A DNA stretch of 64,000 bases from NCBI GenBank assembly GCA_965218795.1, contig OZ244653.1:672001-736000 (forward strand), written 5' to 3'. This document shows, in pieces, positions 19,030 to 29,041 of the stretch. Below the pieces are notes generated by a model. That model saw only the letters and a program-made list of their open reading frames with translations, ran no database searches and was not told the DNA's origin. The position numbers and the translations under genes were made by a program. Source of the DNA: a bacterium (GTDB taxonomy: Bacteria; UBA8248; JACPRG01; G963555815). Position 1 is the first letter of the stretch. Each line of letters opens with the position of its first letter.

Positions 19030-19138
19030 ACGGGACGGGCTGCGAGAGCAAGGACCTGAGGCGCGTACCTGAAGACGCCTCGCCAAGAAGCCTGGTCATA
19101 CACGTATCCGTCCCGCCGGTGTCTCCCGCGAAGATCAT
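19030..19138 (-). pseudogene. glk: 5' stub of glucokinase
   Basis: [12 protein letters not shown] resembles the glucokinase N-terminal motif (MILAGDIGGTNT); ATG overlaps the zwf stop (ATGA); runs into the repeat mosaic. Confidence 0.7.
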
Positions 19139-20763
19139 TCGAGTTCATTTCTCCAGGCCCGGCCGTCGCTGTCCATCAGCTCGTCCGCCTCATCAGGGCC
19201 CCAGCTTCCCGCTGGATAATTCGGGAAATCCCTCGGCGGAAGGGCCTTCCAAACATCCAGGATCGGCTCGACGACGCCCCAGCCGGCCTCGACCATGTCC
19301 GCCCGTTGAAACAACGTGGCATCTCCCAGCATACAGTCGTACAGCAGCCGTTCGTAACCCGTGCTCGGGGTCTTGCCGAAGTGATCCTCATACTGAAACT
19401 GCATGTGGACGTTTCCCAACCGAACGACCGGTCCAGGCACCTTGGCTCCGAAACTCAAGGAGATTCCCTCGTCGGGCTGGAGATGAAGCACGAGTTGGTT
19501 GGGGGTCAGACTTTCCACGGGAGTCTTTTCGAAGAGGATGAACGGGGCGCGCTTGAACTGGATGGCAATCTCGGTGTGCCGTGTAGGCAGACTCTTGCCG
19601 GTCCGAACATAAATGGGCACATCGGCCCAACGCCAGTTGTCGATGAAGAGTTTGAGGGCGACAAAGGTTTCGGTTGAGGAATCGGGCGCAACGCGATTTT
19701 CCTGCCTGTAACCGGGCGCCTTCTCCCCTCCAGTCCCGCCTTCCCCGTACTGCCCGCGAACGCTTCGGGTCAGGACTTCTTCAGAGGTCAGCGGAGGGAT
19801 GGCCCGAAGGATCTTCGCCTGCTCGTCCCGGACGGCGTCAGCGTCGAACGAGATGGGCGGTTCCATGGCCGTCAGGCTGATCAGCTGAAAGATGTGGTTT
19901 GGCACCATGTCGCGGAGGGCCCCGGAGCGATCGTAATAGCCCCCGCGTTCTTCGACCCCGATGCTCTCGGCCACCGAGATCTGAACGTGATCGATGTACC
20001 GGCGGTTCCAGATCGGCTCGAAAATACCGTTGGCGAATCGGAAGACGAGGATATTTTGAACGGTTTCCTTTCCCAGGTAATGATCGATCCGATAAATCTG
20101 GCGTTCTTCCAGGACCTGTCGGATCTCGCGGTTCAGGGCGCGCGCCGATCCCAGATCACGCCCGAAGGGCTTCTCGAAGATGACCCGCCGCCAGGCGTCT
20201 CTCTCCTCCCGGACAAGACCCGCTTCACCGAGGTGGCCCGTGATGGGGGAGAAAAAATCGGGAGCCGTGGCCAGATAGAAGAAGTATCGGCCGCCTGTCC
20301 CTTCATTCTCGTCGATTCCCTCGAGCCGGCCCCGGAGACGCGAATAAGTGTCCGCCTCGGCCAGATCCCCCCGGAGGTAATGGACCCGCTGAAGAAGACG
20401 GCCCCACCGATCGGCGTCTATCGGGAGGGTCGTGAATTTCCGTATTTCGGAATCGAGTTTCTCGCGGAAGGATTCCGTGGTCATGTCCCGCCGGGCGACT
20501 GCGACAATCGAGAACTCCCTGGCGAGCAGATCCTGCTGTCCCAGGTTGTTGAGGGCCGGGATGAGCTTGCGCTTCGTCAGGTCGCCGGAAGCCCCGAAAA
20601 TGACCATGACGCAGGGGTCCGCGGGCCGTCCCGCCCGGTCCTTCTCTCGCTGCGCTTCGACGGCTTCTGCCATGTCTACCGGTCCTTGCGCGACGGTTTT
20701 CATTCCTCGAACGGATTGAGGTCGGCCTGTTGTTACCGGATTATCCGCCCGCGGGGCGCTCAA
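19135..20763 (-). CDS. zwf: Glucose-6-phosphate 1-dehydrogenase (start may be further downstream, e.g. 20703)
   Basis: [42 protein letters not shown]. Confidence 0.96.
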   Translation of the reverse strand: MSAPRADNPVTTGRPQSVRGMKTVAQGPVDMAEAVEAQREKDRAGRPADPCVMVIFGASGDLTKRKLIPALNNLGQQDLLAREFSIVAVARRDMTTESFREKLDSEIRKFTTLPIDADRWGRLLQRVHYLRGDLAEADTYSRLRGRLEGIDENEGTGGRYFFYLATAPDFFSPITGHLGEAGLVREERDAWRRVIFEKPFGRDLGSARALNREIRQVLEERQIYRIDHYLGKETVQNILVFRFANGIFEPIWNRRYIDHVQISVAESIGVEERGGYYDRSGALRDMVPNHIFQLISLTAMEPPISFDADAVRDEQAKILRAIPPLTSEEVLTRSVRGQYGEGGTGGEKAPGYRQENRVAPDSSTETFVALKLFIDNWRWADVPIYVRTGKSLPTRHTEIAIQFKRAPFILFEKTPVESLTPNQLVLHLQPDEGISLSFGAKVPGPVVRLGNVHMQFQYEDHFGKTPSTGYERLLYDCMLGDATLFQRADMVEAGWGVVEPILDVWKALPPRDFPNYPAGSWGPDEADELMDSDGRAWRNELE

Positions 20764-21724
20764 CGTGCCCGCCGAATTTTCGCCTCATGGCGGAAAGCAG
20801 CTTCTCGGCGAAAGTGTGGTCCTGACGTGAGCGAAACCGCGCATACAGCGAGGCCGAAAGGACGTCCGCCGGAACGGCTTCCTCCACGGCCGTCATGACG
20901 GTCCACCGGCCTTCCCCGGAATCCTGCACGAATCCGGTGTATTCGGAAAGATCCGGGTCCTCGCTCAGGGCCATGGCCGTCAGATCGAGCAGCCAGGACC
21001 CGACGACGCTTCCCCGCCGCCAGACCTCTGCGATGTCCGCTACGTTCAACGTATAACGGTGCTTTTCCGGCAGCGTTTCCACGTCCGCGTTTTGGAGGAT
21101 GTCGAAGCCTTCGGCGTAAGCCTGCATGAGTCCGTATTCAATGCCGTTATGGACCATTTTGACGAAGTGCCCCGCTCCGGTGGGGCCGCAGTGCAAGTAG
21201 CCCTCTTCGGCGCTGCTCTTGACTGTTTGCCGCCCAACGGTTTTTTCGATCCCTCCCTTTCCGGGCGACAGGGTCTGAAAGATGGACTCCAGACGGCCGA
21301 CGGCTTCCGCGTCTCCGCCGATCATAAGGCAGTATCCGCGCTCGACCCCCCGGATTCCGCCGCTGGTGCCGACATCCACGTAATGAATGCTTTTCTCCCG
21401 CAGGGTCGCTGCGCGCCGGACGTCATCCTTGAAATAAGAATTGCCGCCGTCGATGATCGCATCGCCCGGGTCCATCCGGTCTGCCAGGTCAGTCACCGTC
21501 TGTTCGGTCGGTCCTCCCGCCGGAACCATGACCCAGGCCGCACGGGGTTTTCGTAATTTCCCGACGAAGTCATCAAGGCTCTCGGATCCGACGGCCCCTT
21601 CCCTGGCCAGCGATTTCACGTTATCGGGATTCACGTCGAAGATGACGCACGCATGGCCTCCCCGCATCAGGCGGCGGACCATGTTGGCCCCCATTCTGCC
21701 CAAACCGACCATTCCAAGCTGCAT
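20741..21724 (-). CDS. gnd: Decarboxylating 6-phosphogluconate dehydrogenase (short GntZ/YqeC type)
   Basis: [44 protein letters not shown]. Confidence 0.94.
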   Translation of the reverse strand: MQLGMVGLGRMGANMVRRLMRGGHACVIFDVNPDNVKSLAREGAVGSESLDDFVGKLRKPRAAWVMVPAGGPTEQTVTDLADRMDPGDAIIDGGNSYFKDDVRRAATLREKSIHYVDVGTSGGIRGVERGYCLMIGGDAEAVGRLESIFQTLSPGKGGIEKTVGRQTVKSSAEEGYLHCGPTGAGHFVKMVHNGIEYGLMQAYAEGFDILQNADVETLPEKHRYTLNVADIAEVWRRGSVVGSWLLDLTAMALSEDPDLSEYTGFVQDSGEGRWTVMTAVEEAVPADVLSASLYARFRSRQDHTFAEKLLSAMRRKFGGHVERPAGG

Positions 21725-21835
21725 CTGGACCGCTCCTTTTCCGGCAGGCGAATGCCTATGGATCCGTGATCATGCCGTTGAAACGCCGCTGCTTGTCGGG
21801 TTCGTCTTCAGGGCGGTCCCAACCGCTCTGTTTCG

Positions 21836-23602
21836 TTACTCCAAGGCCCGATCCATGGCGGACCGAAGCTTCTTCAGATCGCCGGCGACATCCGGGCCCA
21901 GATGGATGCGCAGGGCGCGCCGTCCCCGCTCGGCCAGGACCTGAAAATCGCCGCGGGCCTGCGCCGCCTTCACGATTCCGAATGTATACGACTTGCCGGG
22001 CACCGGCAGGTCTTCGGCATCCTCGCAGGTTATCTGAAGGAAGACACCGGACTTCGGCCCGCCCTTGTATGCCTGACCGGTCGAATGGAGAAATCGGGGG
22101 CCGAACCCAAGGCAGGTGGCTACGCGGCGCCTGTCCCGGACCGCCCGACGGATCTCCTGGAGTTCCGTTTCATGCTCGACGTTCATTTCGATGTAAGCCA
22201 GAAGGGCGAAATAGTCCCCGGGACGCAGGCCGTTCAGATGGGCCAGAAGATAGCTGTCGAAAGTGGGGCTTTTGCCCGTCCGATCGTTCAGGGCCTTTGC
22301 GTTCCGTTCATCCGTGAAGAGTCGAATGTCCCCTTCCTCTAAGATGGGGGTCTCGGCGGGAAGCTCTCCGCTGTCTTCAAAGGCGTCGGTCAACGCGCGG
22401 GCGGCGATCTTGCCGGCTTCCACGTCGGGCTGATCGAACGGGTTGATTTTGAGGATTGAGCCTGCCGTCGCTGTGGCGATCTCCCACCGAAAGAACTCCC
22501 GCCCGAGGTCGTAAGGATCCTCTATGGAGATCCGGACCACGGGGTATCCCGCTTCCTCGATGGCCGACACGGCGGCGTCCTGTCCCGGGTCGGGCGCGGT
22601 CTCCAGCCGGCCGTAGACGAAGACGCGGTCATTCCCGTACACCTCCGGCGGGCCCAGCGGTTCGCGGTCGATGGGGATGAGCCCCCCTCCATCCTTCCCG
22701 GTGGACTCGGCCAATAGTTGTTCCAGCCAGGCGCCGAGGTCCCACAGGCCCGGCGAGAGGATGAGGGTGACCTTGTCCCGGCCCCTCCCGGCCAGGACTC
22801 CGAGAATCGTTCCCAAAACGACGCCCGGATTCTCGTCAGGGGCGAGGCGCGAAGAGGAGGCGACCGCCATCTCATGGGCCCGCTCCAGAAACCGGCCGAC
22901 ATCCAGACCCATCACGGCCGCCGGGACCATCCCGAAGTTCGACAGCGCCGAATACCGGCCGCCGATGCTCGGCGAGCCTGCGAAGACGCGGCGGAATCCT
23001 TCCTGGGCGGCCGCGGCTTCGAGTTTGGACCCCGGATCGGTGATGGCGAGAAAATGACGGCCGGCCCGTTCCGGTCCGACCGTTTCCCTGACACGGTGAA
23101 AGAAGTAATCCTTGAAGATGTTGGGCTCGAGCGTGGTCCCCGATTTGCTCGATACGATGAACAGCGTTTTGGCCAGGTCGACCTTTCCTTCGAACGTCCG
23201 GACCTGCGCCGGGTCCGTGGAATCGAGAACGTGGAGCTCGGGGAAACCCTCCATCTTCCCGAAGGTCATCTTCAGGACTTCGGGACAGAGGCTGGAGCCG
23301 CCCATCCCGAGAAGAAGCGCGTGCGAGAAACCCGAAGACTTGACGTCTTCCGCCAGTTCGCTGAGGGACTGTATGTTTTCGAGTTGTTCTTCCGTGACCC
23401 CGAGCCAGCCGAGCCAGTCAGCCTCATCGGAATTCGTCCACAGGCTCTTGTCGCGGGCCCACAGCCGGTGAACCTTCCCCTGTGCCCGCCACGCTTCAAG
23501 GCTTGCCCGGACTCCGGCCCATTGCTCTGTGGAAAGGGAGTATTCCTGTTGATTGATGCGGGCCTCCGCGGCCTCGCCGCATTTTCGATTCACGGCATTC
23601 AA
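21836..23602 (-). CDS. pgi: Phosphoglucose isomerase domain of a transaldolase/PGI fusion (transaldolase part lost)
   Basis: LGMGGSSL, SSKSGTTLE, GGRYSALS, EQLLAESTGK, NPFDQPDVE, GPRFLHSTGQ. Confidence 0.85.
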   Translation of the reverse strand: MNAVNRKCGEAAEARINQQEYSLSTEQWAGVRASLEAWRAQGKVHRLWARDKSLWTNSDEADWLGWLGVTEEQLENIQSLSELAEDVKSSGFSHALLLGMGGSSLCPEVLKMTFGKMEGFPELHVLDSTDPAQVRTFEGKVDLAKTLFIVSSKSGTTLEPNIFKDYFFHRVRETVGPERAGRHFLAITDPGSKLEAAAAQEGFRRVFAGSPSIGGRYSALSNFGMVPAAVMGLDVGRFLERAHEMAVASSSRLAPDENPGVVLGTILGVLAGRGRDKVTLILSPGLWDLGAWLEQLLAESTGKDGGGLIPIDREPLGPPEVYGNDRVFVYGRLETAPDPGQDAAVSAIEEAGYPVVRISIEDPYDLGREFFRWEIATATAGSILKINPFDQPDVEAGKIAARALTDAFEDSGELPAETPILEEGDIRLFTDERNAKALNDRTGKSPTFDSYLLAHLNGLRPGDYFALLAYIEMNVEHETELQEIRRAVRDRRRVATCLGFGPRFLHSTGQAYKGGPKSGVFLQITCEDAEDLPVPGKSYTFGIVKAAQARGDFQVLAERGRRALRIHLGPDVAGDLKKLRSAMDRALE

Positions 23603-23770
23603 TGGCTTGTCAAAGGCATCGGCGAAGGGTTTCGCTCCGTCCGTCAGTCATTGATCGGTTACATGATCCTACATCATTCATGGAGATCCCCGCCGTGCCG
23701 AGTTCGACGTGGTTTCCCGGGCGGCATTCGACCGCTCTTCGAGGTTGGTGCCCGTGCTCCCCATGCTTCA
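23603..23770 (-). pseudogene. tal: Decayed C-terminal remnant of the transaldolase domain
   Basis: Reads AGISMNDV / DHVTDQ*LTDGAKPFADAFDKPLNAV directly into the pgi frame, with an in-frame TGA and a frameshift. Confidence 0.65.
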
Positions 23771-23845
23771 CTTCCTGGGGACGGAGTCGGTGTCGTGACA
23801 GGGCCCGGCGCGATGCCCGGCAGCTTGTTCGCCGCGACCGAGACC

Positions 23846-23922
23846 TCGATCCCGCATCCGCGGGAATCACAAACGAGGCCTGCACGCAACTGCCTGTCAT
23901 TCCTGCGCAAGCAGGAATCCAG
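23846..23922. repeat. Pair of REP/dRS3-like palindromes
   Basis: tcgatcccgcatccgcgggaatcac and gtcattcctgcgcaagcaggaatccag, in inverted arrangement. Confidence 0.75.
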
Positions 23923-24187
23923 GCGAGGAAAAGCGGATGGATTTATTTTCAGGCGCCGTACCGGAGACGGAAGGGCCGCGCAGCCAATATCTCCGCCGGT
24001 CTGGTCGAGTGCAGGGGAGGGGGGCGACTGGGATTTGTGCGGCGCCGGTCACATATGCCTGCTGCACGGGGCACTTTATCAAGCCTTCCCCAAGGAGCGT
24101 GTCCGAAGGGTTCACAGGTCTCCCTCCGCTTGGGGATTGGATGCGGGTTCCGAACCGCGTTCTCTCCAGACAGGGTCGCCCTGGACG

Positions 24188-25561
24188 TCAGCCCCCTGAT
24201 TCCTCGAAAAGGGCTCGGGCCCGCTCCCAGACCGTGTCGGCCCGTTTCTGGCATTGCGCCAGAACGTCTTTCTCATCCACGGTCGTAAACTTCCCCTCTC
24301 GGACGACCCAGTTTCCGTCGATCATTACATCCGTCACGTCGCTGCCATTGGCGTTGTAGACGATATTCGTGACGATGTTCTCGGGCCGGATGGGATTGGT
24401 CCACGGCGTCGTCATATCGAGAAGGAAAAGGTCGGCCTTCTTGCCGGCCGCGAGAGAGCCCACCTGTTTGTCGAGGCCGAGGGCCCTCGCGCCGCCCATC
24501 GTCGCCAATTCCAGAACCTTCTCGGCATCGATGATTCCGACGTCGGCGGCCTGGTGCCGGGTGAGGAGGATAGCGGCCCGGAGGATCTTGAAAACATCGT
24601 TCGAGAGCCAGTCGGACCCGATGGAGACGCTCACCCCCTGCTTGTAGACCTCGGTCATGGGCGGGAAGTAGGACCGCTTGCCCACGAGATAGGCGGTGTG
24701 GGACATGTGCGCGCCGGACTCAGCCATCATGGCCACCTCTTCCGGGGTCATGAACACGCAGTGGATCCCCACAAAATCGGGGGACAAATAGCCGAGGTCC
24801 CGCATGAACTCGACCGACCCCTTGCCGTACGCCTTCTGCATGTACTCCACCTCGCCCGGTATCTGCGCAAGGTGGACGTGGTAGCCGAGCCCGCGATCCC
24901 GGCCGAGCTCCTTGACCCGCAGGAGCGTTTTCTCCGAGCAGGTGTCCGGCGAGAAGGGGCCGAGGCGGCAGGTGATTCGCCCGTCCGCGCCGCCGTTCCA
25001 TTCCTCGATGAAGGCGAGGGCCTCATCGATCGATCGCTTGCCCTCGTCTTCGTTGAAGTCGCGGTGCAGGTTGTCGGGCCCGAGGCGGGTCAGGTCGGCC
25101 TCGCTGATGTTTTCGGCGATGACGGCCCGGAGTCCGAGGTCCCGGACGGCTTTGGCCGTCTCGCGCTCGAACCACCAGACCTCGTTGATGGTCGTCGTCC
25201 CCGTCCGGACCATCTCCATCGCGTGCACCATCGCGGGGAAATAGACATCCTCCGGCTGGATGTAATCTCGCTGAAGCGGCATGGCGATGGTGAAGAGGCC
25301 GCCGGAAACGCAGGGCGGATCTTCGGTCAGGGCCTTGTTGAACGCGCCCGTGAGGTGGGTGTGGGTGTTGACGAACCCGGGAAGAACGGCCTTCCCGGAG
25401 GCGTCGAAGGTCTCGTCCGGTTTGAAACCTCTTCCAACCTCTTCCGCCGATCCGACGGCGACGATTTCGTCGTCCTCGACGGCAACCGCGCCACGCTCAA
25501 TGTAGGGCTGATCGCCGGCAACCGGGATGACCCAGCCGTTCTCGATGAGTATTTTGGGCAT
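24188..25561 (-). CDS. Amidohydrolase family protein (Atz/Trz, MTA-SAH deaminase-like)
   Basis: LPGFVNTHTH, HVHLAQ, IHCV, IGSD, ATMGGARALG, GSLAAGKKADL. Confidence 0.88.
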   Translation of the reverse strand: MPKILIENGWVIPVAGDQPYIERGAVAVEDDEIVAVGSAEEVGRGFKPDETFDASGKAVLPGFVNTHTHLTGAFNKALTEDPPCVSGGLFTIAMPLQRDYIQPEDVYFPAMVHAMEMVRTGTTTINEVWWFERETAKAVRDLGLRAVIAENISEADLTRLGPDNLHRDFNEDEGKRSIDEALAFIEEWNGGADGRITCRLGPFSPDTCSEKTLLRVKELGRDRGLGYHVHLAQIPGEVEYMQKAYGKGSVEFMRDLGYLSPDFVGIHCVFMTPEEVAMMAESGAHMSHTAYLVGKRSYFPPMTEVYKQGVSVSIGSDWLSNDVFKILRAAILLTRHQAADVGIIDAEKVLELATMGGARALGLDKQVGSLAAGKKADLFLLDMTTPWTNPIRPENIVTNIVYNANGSDVTDVMIDGNWVVREGKFTTVDEKDVLAQCQKRADTVWERARALFEESGG

Positions 25562-25615
25562 GGATATTCTCTCTGCACTGAAAGCGGTGGGCGGGGATCT
25601 GCATGCTCCGGGCCG

Positions 25616-26323
25616 CTAGACACCCAGGTAGGCCTTCTTGACGTGCTCGTTGTCGCGAAGCTCCGAGCCGCCTTCCAGGCCGATCCGCCCTGTCTCCATC
25701 ACGTAACAGTGATGGGCAATCTGGAGGGTGTGTTGAATGTTTTGCTCGACCAGGAGGATGGTGATCCCCCGGCGGTTGAGTTCCTGGATGACCTCGAACA
25801 TCTGCTCTACAATCTTCGGCGCCAGGCCGAGGGAGGGTTCATCGAGCATCAGGACCTTCGGATCGGACATCAAGCCCCGTGAGATAGCCAGCATCTGGCG
25901 TTCGCCCCCGCTCAGCGTTCCGGCAACCTGGGTCTGCCGTTCATTCAGAATGGGAAACAGTTCGAAAACGCGCTCGATATTCGCCTCTACGTTGGGACGG
26001 GCGATCTTCGAGTACGCGCCCATCTCCAGGTTCTCGCGGACGGTCATTTCCGGGAAGGGGCGGCCGCCCTCAAGAATCAGAGAAAGCCCCTTCTCCACGA
26101 TCTGGTGGGAGTGGAGGTTGTCAATCCGCTCGCCCCCGAGCTCGATTTTTCCGCTCTTCGCCTTCTTCAGTCCGGCCAGGGATTTCAGCGTCGTGGTCTT
26201 GCCGGCTCCGTTGCCGCCAATCAACCCCGTGATACTGTCTTCCTCGACGGAGAGGTCGATCCCCCAGATGACCTGGACTTCCCCGTACGCGACTTCGAGA
26301 TTCTCAACGGTCAGCAATGCCAT
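25616..26323 (-). CDS. livF: Branched-chain-type ABC ATP-binding protein (LivF-like)
   Basis: GGNGAGKTT, LSGGERQM, LDEPSLGLAP, VKKAYLG. Confidence 0.92.
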   Translation of the reverse strand: MALLTVENLEVAYGEVQVIWGIDLSVEEDSITGLIGGNGAGKTTTLKSLAGLKKAKSGKIELGGERIDNLHSHQIVEKGLSLILEGGRPFPEMTVRENLEMGAYSKIARPNVEANIERVFELFPILNERQTQVAGTLSGGERQMLAISRGLMSDPKVLMLDEPSLGLAPKIVEQMFEVIQELNRRGITILLVEQNIQHTLQIAHHCYVMETGRIGLEGGSELRDNEHVKKAYLGV

Positions 26324-27063
26324 CAGGCCACCGACTCCCCCAGATAGGCGTCAATCACCCGCGGATCTTTGGAGATTTCATCCGGAGAGGCGTCGGCGAT
26401 TTTTTCGCCGTGGTGCAGAACCACCACCCGGTCCGAAATCTTCATGATCGCCCGCATGACGTGCTCGACGATGATGATGCTTTTCCCAAGCTCGGAGCGG
26501 ATTCGTCTGATCAGGTCCGTGGCGTTGTCGATCTCGGAAGGAGTGAGCCCGGCCAGGGCTTCATCCAGCAAGATGATCTCCGCGCCGGCGGACAGCGCCC
26601 GCGCCACCTCGAGTCTTTTCTTCTCCCCCAGGTTGAGATTCTTCGCTAGTGCTTCCGCTTTCTCATCGAGCCCCGTGAAGCGCATCGCATCCTCGGCCAA
26701 TTGCCCGGCCTTGTCCGTGTCGGGCGATTCTCCCTCGATTTCTCCGAACAGGGCTCCCACAACCAGGTTTTCCCTCACCGACATCTCGGGAAAGGGCCGG
26801 ACGATCTGGTAGGTCCTGCGAATGCTTTCCCTGGCGATACGGTATGCGGGCAGACCGTCAACCCGCTTTCCGCGGATGACAATCTCCCCTCGGTCCGGCT
26901 TGTAGGTCCCGGTGATGACGTTGAAGATGGTCGTCTTCCCCGCGCCGTTGGGGCCGATCAGGCCGACGATCTCTTTCTCGTTCAGGACGAACGAGACGTT
27001 ATTCACCGCCGTGATGCCGCCGAAGTGCTTGCTGACGTTATTGACTTCGAGAATGACCGGCAC
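26323..27063 (-). CDS. livG: Branched-chain-type ABC ATP-binding protein (LivG-like)
   Basis: GPNGAGKTT, LLDEALAGL, VEHVM, VIDAYLG. Confidence 0.92.
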   Translation of the reverse strand: MPVILEVNNVSKHFGGITAVNNVSFVLNEKEIVGLIGPNGAGKTTIFNVITGTYKPDRGEIVIRGKRVDGLPAYRIARESIRRTYQIVRPFPEMSVRENLVVGALFGEIEGESPDTDKAGQLAEDAMRFTGLDEKAEALAKNLNLGEKKRLEVARALSAGAEIILLDEALAGLTPSEIDNATDLIRRIRSELGKSIIIVEHVMRAIMKISDRVVVLHHGEKIADASPDEISKDPRVIDAYLGESVA

Positions 27064-27072
27064 AGACTGTCC

Positions 27073-28038
27073 TCATTCCAGGTACGTTCGGGACTTGGGC
27101 CAAGTGTCCCGAATGGTTCCAATCACCCCGCCGGGGATGAAGAGAACGATGACGATCATGACCCCGCCGAAGATGATCAGGTGCAGTTTGCTGAACTCGA
27201 TGATGAGAAGGTCCCGAATGGTGTAAAAGATTATCCCTCCGACGAGAGGCCCCAGGGCGGTGCCCACCCCGCCTACCATCATGATGACGAAGAGCTCGAT
27301 GCTCACGCCGATGCGAAAGTTGTCCGGATCGACGAAGTTTTGAAAGATCCCGTACGTGCCCCCGACAATTCCCGCAAAAAAAGCTCCCATGGCGTACGCA
27401 GTGATCTTGTAGGCCGTGGTATTCACGCCCATGGAGGCCGCCGTGTCTTCATCGTTCAGAATCGCCCGCAATCCGAACCCCAGCTTCTTCTTCAGAACGA
27501 TATAGGAAACCCAGAACGCACCGACCAGGGATAGAAGGTAGGTATAGTAACCCCAAATTTCACGTCCTTCTACGTTCTTGAGGTACCTGTTGAGGGGCAG
27601 GCCTTCCGCTCCTCCGAACATCTCCCAGTTAAAGAAGCCCGTCTGGACCGCCAGGTTCAGAGAATAGGTCGCGATGGCGAAATACGCACCCCGAATCCGA
27701 AGGGCGGGGTATCCCACGATCACGGCGAAAGCCGCCGGGATCAGCCCCGACAGGATGACCCAGAGGTAGGGGTTGTAGGCGATGGGGCCGCTGGAGGTCA
27801 GCTGGAGCAGTCCACCCGCCGTATATGCGCCCAAACCCAGGAAGACGACGTGCCCGAAGTCCAGGTAGCCGATGAAGCCGACCACCATGTTCAGGCTGTA
27901 GGCCAGGACGATGAAAAACATCATCGTCATGCAAAACCCGAACATATCGGCCTGACCGAATAACTGCGGGACGAGCGCGAGGAAGGCGCAAATCCCCATG
28001 GCGATGACTGGAGTCGGTCTGATGAGATTGCTGAGCAT
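27073..28038 (-). CDS. livM: Branched-chain-type ABC permease (LivM-like)
   Basis: GYLDFGH, LRIRGAYFAIAT, VGGVGTALGP, PGGVIG. Confidence 0.9.
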   Translation of the reverse strand: MLSNLIRPTPVIAMGICAFLALVPQLFGQADMFGFCMTMMFFIVLAYSLNMVVGFIGYLDFGHVVFLGLGAYTAGGLLQLTSSGPIAYNPYLWVILSGLIPAAFAVIVGYPALRIRGAYFAIATYSLNLAVQTGFFNWEMFGGAEGLPLNRYLKNVEGREIWGYYTYLLSLVGAFWVSYIVLKKKLGFGLRAILNDEDTAASMGVNTTAYKITAYAMGAFFAGIVGGTYGIFQNFVDPDNFRIGVSIELFVIMMVGGVGTALGPLVGGIIFYTIRDLLIIEFSKLHLIIFGGVMIVIVLFIPGGVIGTIRDTWPKSRTYLE

Positions 28039-28053
28039 GCTAGCGGAATGTCC

Positions 28054-28911
28054 TCAATGAGACGATTGCCCGAATAATCCGGCGGGCCGGAAGAGCAGAA
28101 AGACGATGAGCAGGACAGAGACCGTGATGGGGGTATACGCCTGGCTGATATAGGTTCCGGTAAAGCTCTCCAGAATCCCAACGAGAAGTCCGCCCACCAA
28201 AGCCCCGACGGGGCGGCCTAATCCGCCCACGACTGTGATCACGAAGGAAACGATGGCGTACTGCAATGCGAAAGTCGGCTGAAAGGGGAGGACGATACTC
28301 ACCAGCGTCCCCGCCACCATGGCCAGAACCGTGCCGATAATGAACGCCAATAAGAGGATGGCGTGAGTGGGAACGCCCATCGCGGCCGCGGCCTCATTGT
28401 CCTGCATAATGGCCCGGATGGCCTTGCCCGGATACGTCCGGGCGAGGAAGTAAAACAGGAATCCGGTCATCAGAATCACCAGGCAGAACGCCACGAAGCG
28501 CCCCTGGGGGATGACGAGGTCCCCCACCACCCAAGAGAGCTTCAGCCACTGGATGCTGCGCGGCTCTCCGGTGAAGAGTTGCAGCATGATATTGTTCCCC
28601 AACACGGAGAGGCCGAAGGTCATCAGCAGGGTGGTAAGTCCGGATTTGCCGACCACGCGGCGGATGAGCAGCAGGTGGATAACGCCGCCCACGACGACGC
28701 CGGCAGGAATGGCCAGCAGAAAACCGAAGAGCGGATTTACGCCCTGGAGGGTGAACAGGAAGAAGTTCAAAAAAGCGCCCAGGATGATGAACTCCCCGTG
28801 GGCCAGATTCACGATGTCCATGATTCCCCAGACGAGGGTGAGGCCCAGGGCGGACAGCGCGTAGATGCTGCCGATGAGCACGCCGTTGATGACCGCCTGG
28901 ATGAATAGCAT
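28054..28911 (-). CDS. livH: Branched-chain-type ABC permease (LivH-like)
   Basis: YALSALGLTLVWG, VNLAHGE, GKAIRA, RPAGLFG; start taken at MLFIQ. Confidence 0.9.
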   Translation of the reverse strand: MLFIQAVINGVLIGSIYALSALGLTLVWGIMDIVNLAHGEFIILGAFLNFFLFTLQGVNPLFGFLLAIPAGVVVGGVIHLLLIRRVVGKSGLTTLLMTFGLSVLGNNIMLQLFTGEPRSIQWLKLSWVVGDLVIPQGRFVAFCLVILMTGFLFYFLARTYPGKAIRAIMQDNEAAAAMGVPTHAILLLAFIIGTVLAMVAGTLVSIVLPFQPTFALQYAIVSFVITVVGGLGRPVGALVGGLLVGILESFTGTYISQAYTPITVSVLLIVFLLFRPAGLFGQSSH

Positions 28912-28962
28912 CACGGTTTCGACGCTCCACTTTGTGTCGCGGTTGTCACTCGATTCGGTCCG

Positions 28963-28994
28963 AAAAAAGGGCGCCCGAGAGACCCGGGCGCCCA
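28963..28994 (-). terminator. Hairpin + U-tract between the substrate-binding and permease genes
   Basis: Minus strand gggcgcccgggtctctcgggcgccc-tttttt. Confidence 0.6.
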
Positions 28995-29041
28995 CATTCA
29001 AACATACCTCTGGAAACCCGTCTAGCAAAAACGGATTGGGT

